DNA from: an uncultured Desulfosarcina sp.
Lineage (GTDB): Bacteria; Desulfobacterota; Desulfobacteria; Desulfobacterales; Desulfosarcinaceae
Length of the DNA stretch: 64,000 bases
Assembly (NCBI GenBank): GCA_963674945.2
Contig: CAXXWQ010000003.1
Location: 2,304,001-2,368,000, forward strand
Reading direction: 5' to 3'
The notes under the pieces are model-generated. The model worked only from the letters and a program-made list of their open reading frames with translations, was not told the origin of the DNA and did no database searches. Position 1 is the stretch's first letter. Each line of letters begins with the position of its first letter. The translations under genes and the position numbers were made by a program. Shown one piece after another: positions 30,156 through 39,979 of this stretch.

Positions 30156-31322
30156 ATGGCAAGGACGGTGGTACTCCTCCTGTGCCTCGTTTTCGCGACC
30201 GCTGCCCGCGGGCAGGATTTCTTTATCTCCTTGACCAAAGATCGCTGGACGGCCGGTCAACGGATCGAGTTTTTACTGTTTCCGGCAAACAGCGAAATGA
30301 GCGAAGATGGCGCTGCACCACCGGATCAGCTGACGTGCATCCTGTCAGACAACGGGCGGACTTATTCCGTTCAGGCCAACAGGGTTGAACCGAAAAACAT
30401 GGACACGATTGATGCGACAAAGACGAAATCCCCATCCCGCTATGCCTTTGATTCACCGGATCGCATCTTTGGGACGGTTCGAATGAAGATTGCCGGAATC
30501 GATTGTCCGCCGATCCTGTTCGATATTGCTGCACAAAAAGAAAGTTCCGCTGCAGAGGCCGACTATACCTCCCTCGACGCATTCTTTGCGCTTTACCAAC
30601 CCTACCTGAAAAACATCGACGCTTATGAACCCATGTACTTTTTGATTGGAACAGAACCGGAGAAAAGCAAATTTCAGATCAGTTTCAAATATCGTTTTTT
30701 CAACCCCGAGTCGGATTTTTCAGTCCGCCATCCCTGGATCAATGGATTGCATTTGGGCTATACGCAGACCTCGTTCTGGGACCTGAATTCCAGTTCCGCT
30801 CCGTTTGAAGACACCAGTTACAAACCGGAACTCTTTTGGTTGTCGAAAAATTTTGTGACAGGTGAAGCGAGCCTAAAAGGCCTGTTTCTCCAGACCGGCG
30901 GGCAGCACGAATCCAATGGTCTCGGCGGGGAAGAGTCCCGGAGCACCAATTATCTTTACGTCAGGCCGGTCTTTATTTTCTATTGGAAACCCTTTCAAAG
31001 CGGACTCCAAGTGGCGCCAAAAGTGTGGGCCTATGTGGGAAATGACAACGAAACCAATGCGGACTTGGATGAATATCAAGGCTATTTTGATCTGGAAGTC
31101 ACAGTGGGAAAACAAAATGGCTTTGTCTTGGCGTCTTCTTTCCGTTGGGCCAAAGAAGGTGCTTCCATATGCCTGGATCTCACCTATCCGTTGCATCGGC
31201 TTTTTTTCAAATCACTGGAAATGTACTTGCATGCGCAATACGCAAATGCGCTGGCAGAACGGTTGATCGCATATGACGAGCGGTCTCACGCCTTCCGTCT
31301 GGGTTTTTCCATCGTGCGCTGA
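30156..31322 (+). CDS. pldA: Outer-membrane phospholipase A with N-terminal extension
   Basis: KFQISFKY, GYTQTSFW, PFEDTSYKPELF and catalytic HESNG; signal peptide from ATG 30156 after AAGGAG. Confidence 0.85.
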   Translation: MARTVVLLLCLVFATAARGQDFFISLTKDRWTAGQRIEFLLFPANSEMSEDGAAPPDQLTCILSDNGRTYSVQANRVEPKNMDTIDATKTKSPSRYAFDSPDRIFGTVRMKIAGIDCPPILFDIAAQKESSAAEADYTSLDAFFALYQPYLKNIDAYEPMYFLIGTEPEKSKFQISFKYRFFNPESDFSVRHPWINGLHLGYTQTSFWDLNSSSAPFEDTSYKPELFWLSKNFVTGEASLKGLFLQTGGQHESNGLGGEESRSTNYLYVRPVFIFYWKPFQSGLQVAPKVWAYVGNDNETNADLDEYQGYFDLEVTVGKQNGFVLASSFRWAKEGASICLDLTYPLHRLFFKSLEMYLHAQYANALAERLIAYDERSHAFRLGFSIVR

Positions 31323-31548
31323 GCCGTTTCAATAATTGTCGGGAAAAACACCTGTCTGTATCGGTAGCATTTGATCAATTCGGGCTTATTTGTCTCCACG
31401 TATCAGATGGTACCTCCTATCGTCGCTTGTACGGGGCAGAAGTACAGTAACAGCAATTAGATTGACTGGAATATCGCATTATGCAATTCTAGTTTCGATG
31501 TTCTTTTGCATATTGCACGATTCACTTCGTACCGCAAAAACCGATTCC

Positions 31549-32910
31549 ATGGCACCTGAAAAAAAAGACGATGCGCGAGATGTCATTCTCGATTCAATCA
31601 ACGAGGGGGTCTTTACCATCGATATGGATTGGCGCATCACGACATTTAACCGCGCCGCGGAAAGGGCCACTGGAATACCACGCGAAAAGGCTTTGTACCG
31701 TCCCTGCCGTGAGATCTTTCAGGCCAATATCTGCAAAGAAGACTGCGCACTCAATCGAACCTTTACAACCGGAAAGCCGATCGTCAACACCAACGCGTTT
31801 ATCACAAATTGCCATGGCCAGCGCGTCCCCATCCGTGTTTCCACCGCCATCATTAAAAACGAAGCAGGGAAGATCGTCGGTGGTGTGGAAACCTTTCAGG
31901 ATCTCAGCCAGCTCGAGCTGCTCCAGAAACAACTTCGCAGCATTTATACCTTTGAGGACATTATCGGCCATAGCTCGGAGATGCGACAGTTGTTCGAAAT
32001 TCTTCCACAGATTTCCAAAAGCAGCAGCAATGTACTGATCGAAGGTGCCAGCGGCACCGGAAAAGAGCTGTTTGCCCGCGCGATCCACAATCTGTCTCCA
32101 CGAAGGTCGCACCGTTTCGTTCCGGTCAATTGCGCGGCGCTACCGGACACGCTGCTGGAGAGCGAGCTGTTCGGCCATCGCGCCGGCGCCTTTACCGATG
32201 CGAAACGAGATAAGGTGGGCCGTTTTCAGCTGGCCCACAAGGGCACATTGTTTCTCGATGAAATCGGCGACATCTCTCATGCCATGCAGGTCCGCTTGTT
32301 GCGGGTATTGGAGGACGGCCTCATCGAACCGTTGGGCGCTGAAGAGCCGGTAGCCATCGATGTGCGTGTCGTGGTGGCGACGAACAAACCCCTTTACGAT
32401 CTGGTGAAGCACGGAACATTTCGTGACGATCTGTACTATCGTATCCGCGTCGTTCATTTGAGACTTCCTGAGTTGCGCCATCGCCGCGAAGACATTCCGT
32501 TGTTGATCCAGCATATGATAGACAAGTTTAACCGCCTTCAAGAAAAAAATATCGCCGGCGTGTCCACCGAAGTCCTGACCCTTTTAATGAAGCATGATTA
32601 TCCCGGCAATGTTCGTGAACTGGAGAATATCATCGAGCAGGCATTCGTACTCTGCCGGGAGATGGTGATTGATTTGAAACATCTTCCTCCTGAATTGCGT
32701 ACGTCCACGACGGCGGAAGCTGCAACCTTGGATCATGTGAGCCTCAAGGATATGGAGAAGGCCGTGATCACGGAAGTTCTAAGACGACATCGTGGCAATC
32801 GGAAAGCAGCGGCCGAAGATCTCGGCATTCATCCCAGCACACTCTACAGAAAAATTCAGGGGTACCGTATACCGTTGCCGACAACCGACGGTCGTTATAA
32901 ACAGAAGTAA
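31549..32910 (+). CDS. PAS-domain sigma-54 activator, OrpR-like (C-x8-C-x3-C)
   Basis: PAS domain with CREIFQANICKEDC; GASGTGKE, GAFTDA, YPGNVRELEN, HTH. Confidence 0.88.
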   Translation: MAPEKKDDARDVILDSINEGVFTIDMDWRITTFNRAAERATGIPREKALYRPCREIFQANICKEDCALNRTFTTGKPIVNTNAFITNCHGQRVPIRVSTAIIKNEAGKIVGGVETFQDLSQLELLQKQLRSIYTFEDIIGHSSEMRQLFEILPQISKSSSNVLIEGASGTGKELFARAIHNLSPRRSHRFVPVNCAALPDTLLESELFGHRAGAFTDAKRDKVGRFQLAHKGTLFLDEIGDISHAMQVRLLRVLEDGLIEPLGAEEPVAIDVRVVVATNKPLYDLVKHGTFRDDLYYRIRVVHLRLPELRHRREDIPLLIQHMIDKFNRLQEKNIAGVSTEVLTLLMKHDYPGNVRELENIIEQAFVLCREMVIDLKHLPPELRTSTTAEAATLDHVSLKDMEKAVITEVLRRHRGNRKAAAEDLGIHPSTLYRKIQGYRIPLPTTDGRYKQK

Positions 32911-33024
32911 TCGCGCATTTTGCAATTCTACGATGATCCCTCCCTTTTTTTTGTTCTTGGTAACACCAACTAACTTTCTGTTATTATAGATGTATTATGC
33001 CATAAGATAGTTTCTTTTATACAA

Positions 33025-33040
33025 TGGTATGATTTTTGCT
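33025..33040 (+). promoter_or_regulatory. Sigma-54 (-24/-12) promoter
   Basis: TGGTATGATTTTTGCT matches TGGYAYR-N4-TTGCW; lies directly downstream of a sigma-54 activator gene. Confidence 0.78.
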
Positions 33041-33113
33041 TTCATTACCAATGAATCAAGTTCATAAGTTGTATGTCCATCATGCATTATTTATTCAAAA
33101 TGAGGGCAATGAA

Positions 33114-33335
33114 ATGAAAGCAGAAACGCGATATGGAAACCAGCCAACGAAAGATGCCATCCTGTCCATGATAGAAAAAAGGCCTTGTTCAGTGCAACGA
33201 ATTACGCATGCATTCAGTGCCAGAAGCTATGAAGTCGTCAGACTCATCTCCGAAATGGTGCGCGATGGCCAGGTTATGATCAAGTCCACCAATGAGCGTC
33301 CTTTCGTGGTCAGAAATATCGGGATGAACCATTAG
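33114..33335 (+). CDS. Small winged-HTH-like protein
   Basis: ILSMIEKRPCSVQRITHAF...EVVRLISEMVRDGQV; ATG 33114 chosen because TTG 33036 lies inside the promoter. Confidence 0.5.
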   Translation: MKAETRYGNQPTKDAILSMIEKRPCSVQRITHAFSARSYEVVRLISEMVRDGQVMIKSTNERPFVVRNIGMNH

Positions 33336-33424
33336 CTGCTGCAAGCACCGCCTTTTCGCATGGCAGTACCGTCTGATCATAATTGATGCTTTTAACGATC
33401 GAGATGATCTTTAAGGAGCTTGCT

Positions 33425-34504
33425 ATGCACTACTATAGTCAACACACCTGTTTTATCCTCATTTCTCTGGTGTTGTTTTTTTACCCAACCAGTTTTGCCC
33501 AGGAGGTAAGTCACGAAGAATGCTTTTATTTAAAGAGTCTGCACTATACGGCCGACGGAATGGAATACTGGTACAGCCGTGATAGAGGCGGACTCGAAAC
33601 ATTGACCGGCATTCCTTATCATCAACTGGGCTGCAAAAACTGCCACGCACCTGGATGCGATCGCTGCCATAAAGCCGAAAGCAAATCCGGTGATTGCGAA
33701 TATGCATATTATTCCATAGTGGAGGCGTCCAACCAATCCTTGTGTCTGACCTGCCACGGCCGTGAGAAAGCGATGATTCGTGTGGATCACAAGGCCGGCC
33801 ATGAGGATATTCATGTTCAGCAGGAAATGATCTGTACCGACTGCCATTCCCAAAGGGAAATGCACGGTGACGGCACATCCTATCTTTCCCTGAAACAGTC
33901 CGGAGCAATGGATACGGCCTGTGAAAACTGTCATGACGACATAAAACCGACCGAGGCCCACACCGTGCACAACGGCCGCTTGGATTGCAAGGCCTGCCAT
34001 ATCCGCCACGTTGTCAGCTGTACCAACTGCCATTTTGACACGCTGGTGGAAAAAGGGGTGCGCAAGGCGATCCCCGTATCCGGATGGATGTTTCTCATGA
34101 ATTATGAAAACAAGGTGACATCTGCAAGCATGCAGACTTTCGTCACCGGCGGTAACAAAACCTTTCTCATGTTCGCTCCACACATGAGCCACTCGGTTAT
34201 GCGGCAAGGTCATTCCTGCGAGGTTTGCCATGCCAGTGAAAATGCCAAAAAGGTAAAAAGCGGACGAATCAGTCTCACCTGGCTGGAGAACAAGCAGGTG
34301 GAGAACCGTAAAGGCGTGATTCCGGTGGTGGATGGCGTGGACTATGTCTGCGTGTATCAAAATTTCGTCGATGGTCAATGGATTCCCGTTAAAAAGCCAC
34401 TGCAGCCGATGGTTCAATATGCCGCTTTTGGAAAACCGCTGACAACCGAACAGCTGGATAAATTGGTGACAAAGCAGTCTGCACCGGGTTTAAAAATGAG
34501 ATAA
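33425..34504 (+). CDS. Exported octaheme c-type cytochrome
   Basis: Signal peptide; 8 CxxCH motifs (CKNCH, CDRCH, CLTCH, CTDCH, CENCH, CKACH, CTNCH, CEVCH); AAGGAG RBS. Confidence 0.9.
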   Translation: MHYYSQHTCFILISLVLFFYPTSFAQEVSHEECFYLKSLHYTADGMEYWYSRDRGGLETLTGIPYHQLGCKNCHAPGCDRCHKAESKSGDCEYAYYSIVEASNQSLCLTCHGREKAMIRVDHKAGHEDIHVQQEMICTDCHSQREMHGDGTSYLSLKQSGAMDTACENCHDDIKPTEAHTVHNGRLDCKACHIRHVVSCTNCHFDTLVEKGVRKAIPVSGWMFLMNYENKVTSASMQTFVTGGNKTFLMFAPHMSHSVMRQGHSCEVCHASENAKKVKSGRISLTWLENKQVENRKGVIPVVDGVDYVCVYQNFVDGQWIPVKKPLQPMVQYAAFGKPLTTEQLDKLVTKQSAPGLKMR

Positions 34505-34640
34505 CACCATACGTATCTACTATTTTCGCCCAACAAGATAAATCAAGACGTCACAAGATATCCACGCAGTTGATTTGCGGCATTATCGATACGCCCCAAC
34601 GAATCACCAGCCTTCCCAGACACATCTTTGTGACCTAATT

Positions 34641-37098
34641 TCAGAACACTGCATCTCCGGGAAAACTATGTGACACCTCCGGCATGATTTGAGGTGCTGC
34701 AGCCATTTAGTTCGAATATCATTTGCAGCTCGGTACCGGGGTATTTTACCTGCGCACTGTTCAGATGCGCAAACAGTTGGCAAAGAGCCCGATTGGCCGC
34801 TGGGAACGAAGCGCCGTGCAATCGTATATTCAATTGCTGATTTTCAATATCGGGCAGTACATCGCCTTCGGTCTGGAACAGTGTCTGGAGAAGACTCCGT
34901 GCATCCGACGAGTTTACCGTCGGACCCGTGAGCAACCCAACCATTGCCGTCTCTGCACGATATGCAATCATACGAACCGTGTCCATCAGGCGTTTTCTGC
35001 CCGGTTGTAAACGTAAAAATTTATCTTTTGCTTCAAGTTCTCCCCACGTGATGTGTTTACTTGTCTGTTTTCGTTTTTCTTTCAACTCGCTGAGTTGATA
35101 CTCCATCTTTTCGATTTCTTCTAACAGCTCGGCCTTTTTCTCTATCCACTTCTTAAACTTTACCGGTTTGTCTTCATTTTCAGGGTGAATGGTCATCTCG
35201 GCAAAACAGGCACGACGATATCGTAGCTTGTTCTGCAACGAATTACGGGATTGATTCAATTGCCGCCAAACGGGGTTGATTACCCGTTCGGTATCAGGAA
35301 ATTCAACGACACCATAATCTAAAAGCACATCGATATCAAAATGTTGCATCATATAGTTGAAAAAGTTTTCCTGACACCACCGGCTGAACATGCGTGCTGC
35401 CAATTGAGTATGCGGCAAATCGAAAGCGGTGCTGATTACGCTGGTCTGGTGTCCGGAATCGGTCAGTTTTCGCACTTGTCGCATCCATGTTGCACCCTTA
35501 CCAGATCCCACCAAACTACCCATTTCGCAAAGCCGCATCTTCACCACCTCTTTGTTTGGCATCGCAACTTCATACTCGGTGAACCAATGCTCCGGCCATG
35601 ATTCACCAGGATGCTTATGATACGTCATGCAGCCGATTCGATGGCGATCCCACATTTCCTTGAAGAATGCGGGACTATATCCTTCCCTGTCGAAAACAAG
35701 AACGAACCGGCATAAACATGGGTTCTCTTGTAGTTGCTGCAAACCGGGTTGATTCGGAACGTCTTGCAACAACCGGGGAACGATATCGTCTCTTAAAACC
35801 GCCAATAATCCAGGATCGATCTGCTTTTCGACGACAAAAAAAGGTCGGCCAATCGCATCGTTAACCCAATAGTCGGTAATGCCCCTCATGCACAATCGTT
35901 CCCGGGACACGTAGCGGCGCGGTAGTCGGGTCAATTTTCCATGATAAACACGTACATGCCCGTCAACATAAAGCGCGCCAACCGATTCGGGCGCCTGTTC
36001 CATCCAGTATTTACCGAGGTATGCGGCCCACTTTTCCGCGCCGTGGTCTGCGCTCAACGCATCCATCTTGTAACGCAAACAGCGAACCTCCGGTGCACGA
36101 TCCAAGCCCAATAACTTACCAAATTCTCCCGGAGCATGGCCTCGTATTTTTTCTGTCGTCTTGATCCTGCATAAGGCCATAAACGAAAGCAGCAACAAGA
36201 CATGAAAGATCGTGTAATAGCCTTTGACTTGGCCGAGGAACTGTTTTGCGCCGGTAAACAACCCGTTTGCCACCAATGACGGTATCGCACAAAGAACGCC
36301 TGCTTTGGGAACGTCCAGGCATCTGTCAAAACGAACCGGCGCACCAACCATTTTGCCCAATGATGCCAATATGCGTTCCCCGACTCGGTTGCAAGCCGTC
36401 CCCATACCATCGGCAGCAGCCATGTCGACCATGTCCCGATCTGATTTGGTTAGACACGGTTCACCAATCCTTGATTCGATTAACCGACCATCATCTATAG
36501 CTTTGCGAAACGTATCGTATTTAATGCCAAGTTCCAGGGCGGCATCTTTTTTCGAGCACCCTTGATCCAGTAAACGTTGGGCTTGTTCAAGCACCTCAGG
36601 TTTGAAAACCTTGCCGCCGCGTCGTCCCCGCCGCTGAACGAAAAATGCCTCGGCGCCGCCGGACCTGAGTTTGTTCACGGATCGGATGACATTGCTCTTG
36701 GATACGCCGAATGTGTTTTGGATATCGATCTGGCGGCAAGCTCCGGATTCAACCAGTTGGGCTGTTATCATCCGAAACATTCGTTGATCGCCTTGTCTGT
36801 GAGAATAAATCGGAACGGTCGATAGAAAATAGGTCCAGGTCGTATCGTCACGAAATACACTGACAAGCCCGTTGATTTGTCTTGCACCGCGAGGAATAAG
36901 TGGTAGTATCTGTTGAGGCATGGCATCCTTTTCCTTTCATTTATCCGCCAAGATAATAAGGTTAAAGGTGCCATGTTCATTTTCCGGTTGCAATACCTTA
37001 CCGGCCTGCTGGATTCAGACTCCTATCTTTCTGTTTTTCAACCACTTACATTATGTTTTGCTTGCCATATGCAACAATTAGGAAATCAAGTTTCCTGA
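34641..37098 (-). mobile_element. Insertion sequence with large DDE transposase (family not assigned)
   Basis: Imperfect 18-bp IR (TCAGAACACTGCATCTCC vs GGAAATCAAGTTTCCTGA, 13/18); ATT flanks both ends. Confidence 0.6.
34666..36921 (-). CDS. 751-aa DDE transposase with N-terminal HTH domains
   Basis: YVDGHVRVY, VFDREGYS, RWCQENFF (IS4-like DDE spacing); two HTH-like segments at the N-terminus. Confidence 0.8.
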   Translation of the reverse strand: MPQQILPLIPRGARQINGLVSVFRDDTTWTYFLSTVPIYSHRQGDQRMFRMITAQLVESGACRQIDIQNTFGVSKSNVIRSVNKLRSGGAEAFFVQRRGRRGGKVFKPEVLEQAQRLLDQGCSKKDAALELGIKYDTFRKAIDDGRLIESRIGEPCLTKSDRDMVDMAAADGMGTACNRVGERILASLGKMVGAPVRFDRCLDVPKAGVLCAIPSLVANGLFTGAKQFLGQVKGYYTIFHVLLLLSFMALCRIKTTEKIRGHAPGEFGKLLGLDRAPEVRCLRYKMDALSADHGAEKWAAYLGKYWMEQAPESVGALYVDGHVRVYHGKLTRLPRRYVSRERLCMRGITDYWVNDAIGRPFFVVEKQIDPGLLAVLRDDIVPRLLQDVPNQPGLQQLQENPCLCRFVLVFDREGYSPAFFKEMWDRHRIGCMTYHKHPGESWPEHWFTEYEVAMPNKEVVKMRLCEMGSLVGSGKGATWMRQVRKLTDSGHQTSVISTAFDLPHTQLAARMFSRWCQENFFNYMMQHFDIDVLLDYGVVEFPDTERVINPVWRQLNQSRNSLQNKLRYRRACFAEMTIHPENEDKPVKFKKWIEKKAELLEEIEKMEYQLSELKEKRKQTSKHITWGELEAKDKFLRLQPGRKRLMDTVRMIAYRAETAMVGLLTGPTVNSSDARSLLQTLFQTEGDVLPDIENQQLNIRLHGASFPAANRALCQLFAHLNSAQVKYPGTELQMIFELNGCSTSNHAGGVT

Positions 37099-37886
37099 AT
37101 TTTACAAAATTCGAACATGCCCGGTTACATTGGAATCTGCGACCAGCAGGGCCGTCGTCAGGTGACAGGAGCCGTTACGGAGCATTCGGATATTGACAGT
37201 TTTTACCCTGCGGGATAGGGTACTTTCGTCCGGTAATTTGTAAAGCAGCCGACAAAGCGAGTAGAAAGCTGTCAAGGAAACAAGCCTGAATACCTCTGGC
37301 GGCATCATCACCGCCAGCGCCTATGGTACGGATTGGGAAGATGGAAAACCATGATCTTCCGTAAGCCAGAGGTCGTTATCTTCAGGATTTTACGTACTAC
37401 ATCGATCAAATAGATCCAATCATCACCACGATCCAAAAAGCCACCAAGGAATTTCTCGAAACTCGGTTTTTTTGAGTGGAAAGGGATTCCTATCGTCGGC
37501 CTTGTCGTGCCGGTAAATGACAGATTCGTCGTCCTGCGATTACATGCGCCACGTGAAAAGCTGGAAGACACGAACTTCTGAATTTGATGAAGCAGGAGGG
37601 TAGCGCCATGAATGTTTTTAGTATGTAACCAATCGTATTTCCATGGGATATCTCCAACGCACCTTTAATCCCACATTTCCAGATACAAACTGCGTTCCAA
37701 AACAATCGTAGACTGAAATCGTCTATTTTTGTCCCTATTGGATGTCGCCAAGACGTCCATATGGCATTTTCATATGGGATTTAAAATAGACGCATAGATA
37801 ACTCTATCGAGTTATCGCAATGTTAACATTGTTTTACACCAATAGAGAACACACCCTTGGTGAAAATATAGCGGTGAGTAAAGATT

Positions 37887-38147
37887 ATGTGCATAAATAC
37901 AAAAAAAATAGCATTTATTCTCATTGTACTTTTCTCGGCTTGTTCAAATGATAAAAACACTGAAATTTCTTTTCATAAGCCACTCACGGCAATATATATC
38001 GGTGATTCACTGTGTTCTGAACCCTTCTTGGGATTCGATAACGCGGCAACCATGGCAGGCATCGATAGTGACTGTAAATTTGGAAGAGCGTCCATAGACT
38101 ATGGTGGCCTTCCTGACTACGATATTGTTTTCTATGCACTTGGATAA
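37887..38147 (+). pseudogene. Truncated lipoprotein with GDSL/SGNH-like start
   Basis: Lipobox FSAC, IYIGDSL; ends at IVFYALG-stop, where an SGNH block III (GxND) would be expected. Confidence 0.4.
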
Positions 38148-38319
38148 AAATAGCGGATACATATCATTGAAAGGGGGCTACTCCGTTCTTGATGAATATA
38201 GAGATTGTGGGTTGAATTTGCTCTCAATAGTCTTTAAATAGTGCAAGGTGAAATTGTCTAATCTTGTTCCTATTTGGGATTTTGAGTCTAAAGCCAAAGA
38301 TGTCCAGAAAAGATGGAAG

Positions 38320-38853
38320 ATGAAAAAGGTCTGCGCTTGGTGTGGGAAAAATCTAGGTAGTGTCGCTTCGAAAAAAGGTTTCGAACATGGCGTCACGCAT
38401 GGTATTTGCGGCAACTGTAAAGACAATCTGTTATTTCAGATGGGTGTTGGAAATAATCTTGGCGTGTTCCTTAACAACCTGAAGCGACCGATCCTTGCGG
38501 TTAATCGAGAAGGAACAATTGTCTCCGCAAACAATCAAGTTAAGACGTTGCTTCAACATGGATTATCAGGGATTGAAGGGAACAATGGTTGCGAACTGTT
38601 TGAATGTATATATGCGCGACTTCCCGAGGGACATGGGAATACGATATATTGTTCCGGCTGCGACATCCGGAGGACGGTAATGGAGACACATGCGACAGGA
38701 AGGAGTTATCTGAAAATTCCAGTCTCACTCAGCAGAAACACTCCGGAAGGTCCGGAAAAACTCAACTTGTTGATCTCCACCGCAAAAAATAATGATCTGG
38801 TTTTTTTGCGGATCGATCATATAAAAGACGTCCTTCAGAAAAATACCAATTAA
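38320..38853 (+). CDS. Zn-ribbon + PAS-like domain protein
   Basis: MKKVCAWC...THGICGNC followed by PAS-like PILAVNREGTIVSANN and further Cys residues. Confidence 0.65.
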   Translation: MKKVCAWCGKNLGSVASKKGFEHGVTHGICGNCKDNLLFQMGVGNNLGVFLNNLKRPILAVNREGTIVSANNQVKTLLQHGLSGIEGNNGCELFECIYARLPEGHGNTIYCSGCDIRRTVMETHATGRSYLKIPVSLSRNTPEGPEKLNLLISTAKNNDLVFLRIDHIKDVLQKNTN

Positions 38854-38928
38854 AAGCCTACGCTAATACCGATCATATTAATCGAAAGGCTATTCGTTCC
38901 AGATTGAGAAACATTTTTTCATACTGTC

Positions 38929-39014
38929 AGCGAATGGTGAAGTAAGGGGCGACCGAACGAACTACAAGAAAAAATGCAGAGAATTACAGCGGACCCTCCA
39001 CAGACTGATTGGCA
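38929..39014 (-). other. Degenerate integron attC-like site
   Basis: Minus strand GCCAATCAGTCTGTGGAGGG...GCCCCTTACTTCACCATTCGC: attC-like arms with both core triplets mutated. Confidence 0.4.
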
Positions 39015-39045
39015 CCTTACTGATCTCGATGCTTTTGGATAAGCA

Positions 39046-39111
39046 GCGTTACGGTTAAGCTATGCTGCCCGGCCGCTTTTTGGCCTGGTCAGCACCGGAG
39101 AATCGTTGAGT
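39046..39111 (-). other. Integron attC-like site
   Basis: RYYYAAC (ACTCAAC) 1 nt after the DUF4019 stop; internal stem TGCTGACCAGGCC/GGCCGGGCAGCA; ends in degenerate core GTAACGC. Confidence 0.6.
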
Positions 39112-39112
39112 T

Positions 39113-39535
39113 CTAGTTAATGTAGTAACCTGAAACTCGCCAGTTTCCGTCTATTTCCAACATAGGAGTTACGGTTTCAATTGCTGATTTCTTTTTTTCG
39201 AACGATGTTTTGAATTGAATGATGACATATTGTCCGTCAGGAGCACCGGGAAGGGAAGTCTCATATGTTTTACTCTTAACCTCTCTAAAAATCAATTTTC
39301 CGAGTGGTTCCCGTTCGGCCTGAAGAGACTGCTCCCATCGGTCCTTCTTTACTGCATTTTTAAATAATGAAGCTGTTTCATTCCAACTATCTGCATATCG
39401 CCCCTCATCAATTGCCTTCAACCACTTTAGTGCTACAGTTTCGGCAACTTTTTCTTTTTCAGAATCCGCCATCGCTCCTGACACAGAAAGTAGTACCATG
39501 CTTACAATTATAATATATGCTATTTTCTTAACCAT
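39113..39535 (-). CDS. DUF4019-domain exported protein (gene-cassette-like)
   Basis: Signal peptide; WL..ID.G.Y..SW, LPGAPDGQY, ETVTPM, WRVSGYY; ATG 39535 follows AGGAGGAG. Confidence 0.82.
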   Translation of the reverse strand: MVKKIAYIIIVSMVLLSVSGAMADSEKEKVAETVALKWLKAIDEGRYADSWNETASLFKNAVKKDRWEQSLQAEREPLGKLIFREVKSKTYETSLPGAPDGQYVIIQFKTSFEKKKSAIETVTPMLEIDGNWRVSGYYIN

Positions 39536-39743
39536 TGTCTCTCCTCCTCTATTGCACAGACCCAACATTAGTTAGTATGTGGCAGACTTCTTTTTGTCTG
39601 AAAAACGGCTTTCAGGTCATTTTATCCAAATCCCGCTGTTTTTCAACAAAATTAACATATCATTGATATAATAAGAAAAAGTTAGTTTTCAGAACATTTC
39701 GATAAACGTCGAATGACAGCTTTTTGTTACAATTATCACACCC

Positions 39744-39917
39744 ATGACCGAATGCGTGTGCCCTAAGTGCGGCAGGCGCCATCGGATACAGATCTATTTT
39801 ACCGGCCGGGGCATTCCTCGTAAGTTTTGTGATTATTGTCGGTTTCACACCGCTTCGTTACGGACAACCGAAGAGACTGTCTACGATGTGAATCATACCC
39901 CTGACCTGGTGGCATAA
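39744..39917 (+). CDS. 57-aa CxxC...CxxC zinc-finger-like protein
   Basis: Below the ORF-track cutoff; MTECVCPKCGRRHRIQIYFTGRGIPRKFCDYCRFH... Confidence 0.55.
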   Translation: MTECVCPKCGRRHRIQIYFTGRGIPRKFCDYCRFHTASLRTTEETVYDVNHTPDLVA

Positions 39918-39949
39918 GTGTTGACGTTTTTTTCGGATCCATAAAAATA

Positions 39950-39979
39950 GACAAGGCCCCCACCATTGAGGGCCTTGTC
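39950..39979 (-). terminator. Hairpin, likely intrinsic terminator
   Basis: GACAAGGCCC-N10-GGGCCTTGTC with a T-rich tail on the minus strand. Confidence 0.5.

Noticed and set aside
33530..34417. 295-aa minus-strand ORF
   Set aside because: Antisense to the octaheme cytochrome.
37102..37705. Short ORFs right of the large IS
   Set aside because: No family motif and stops in the plausible frames; possibly a decayed gene, but not supportable.
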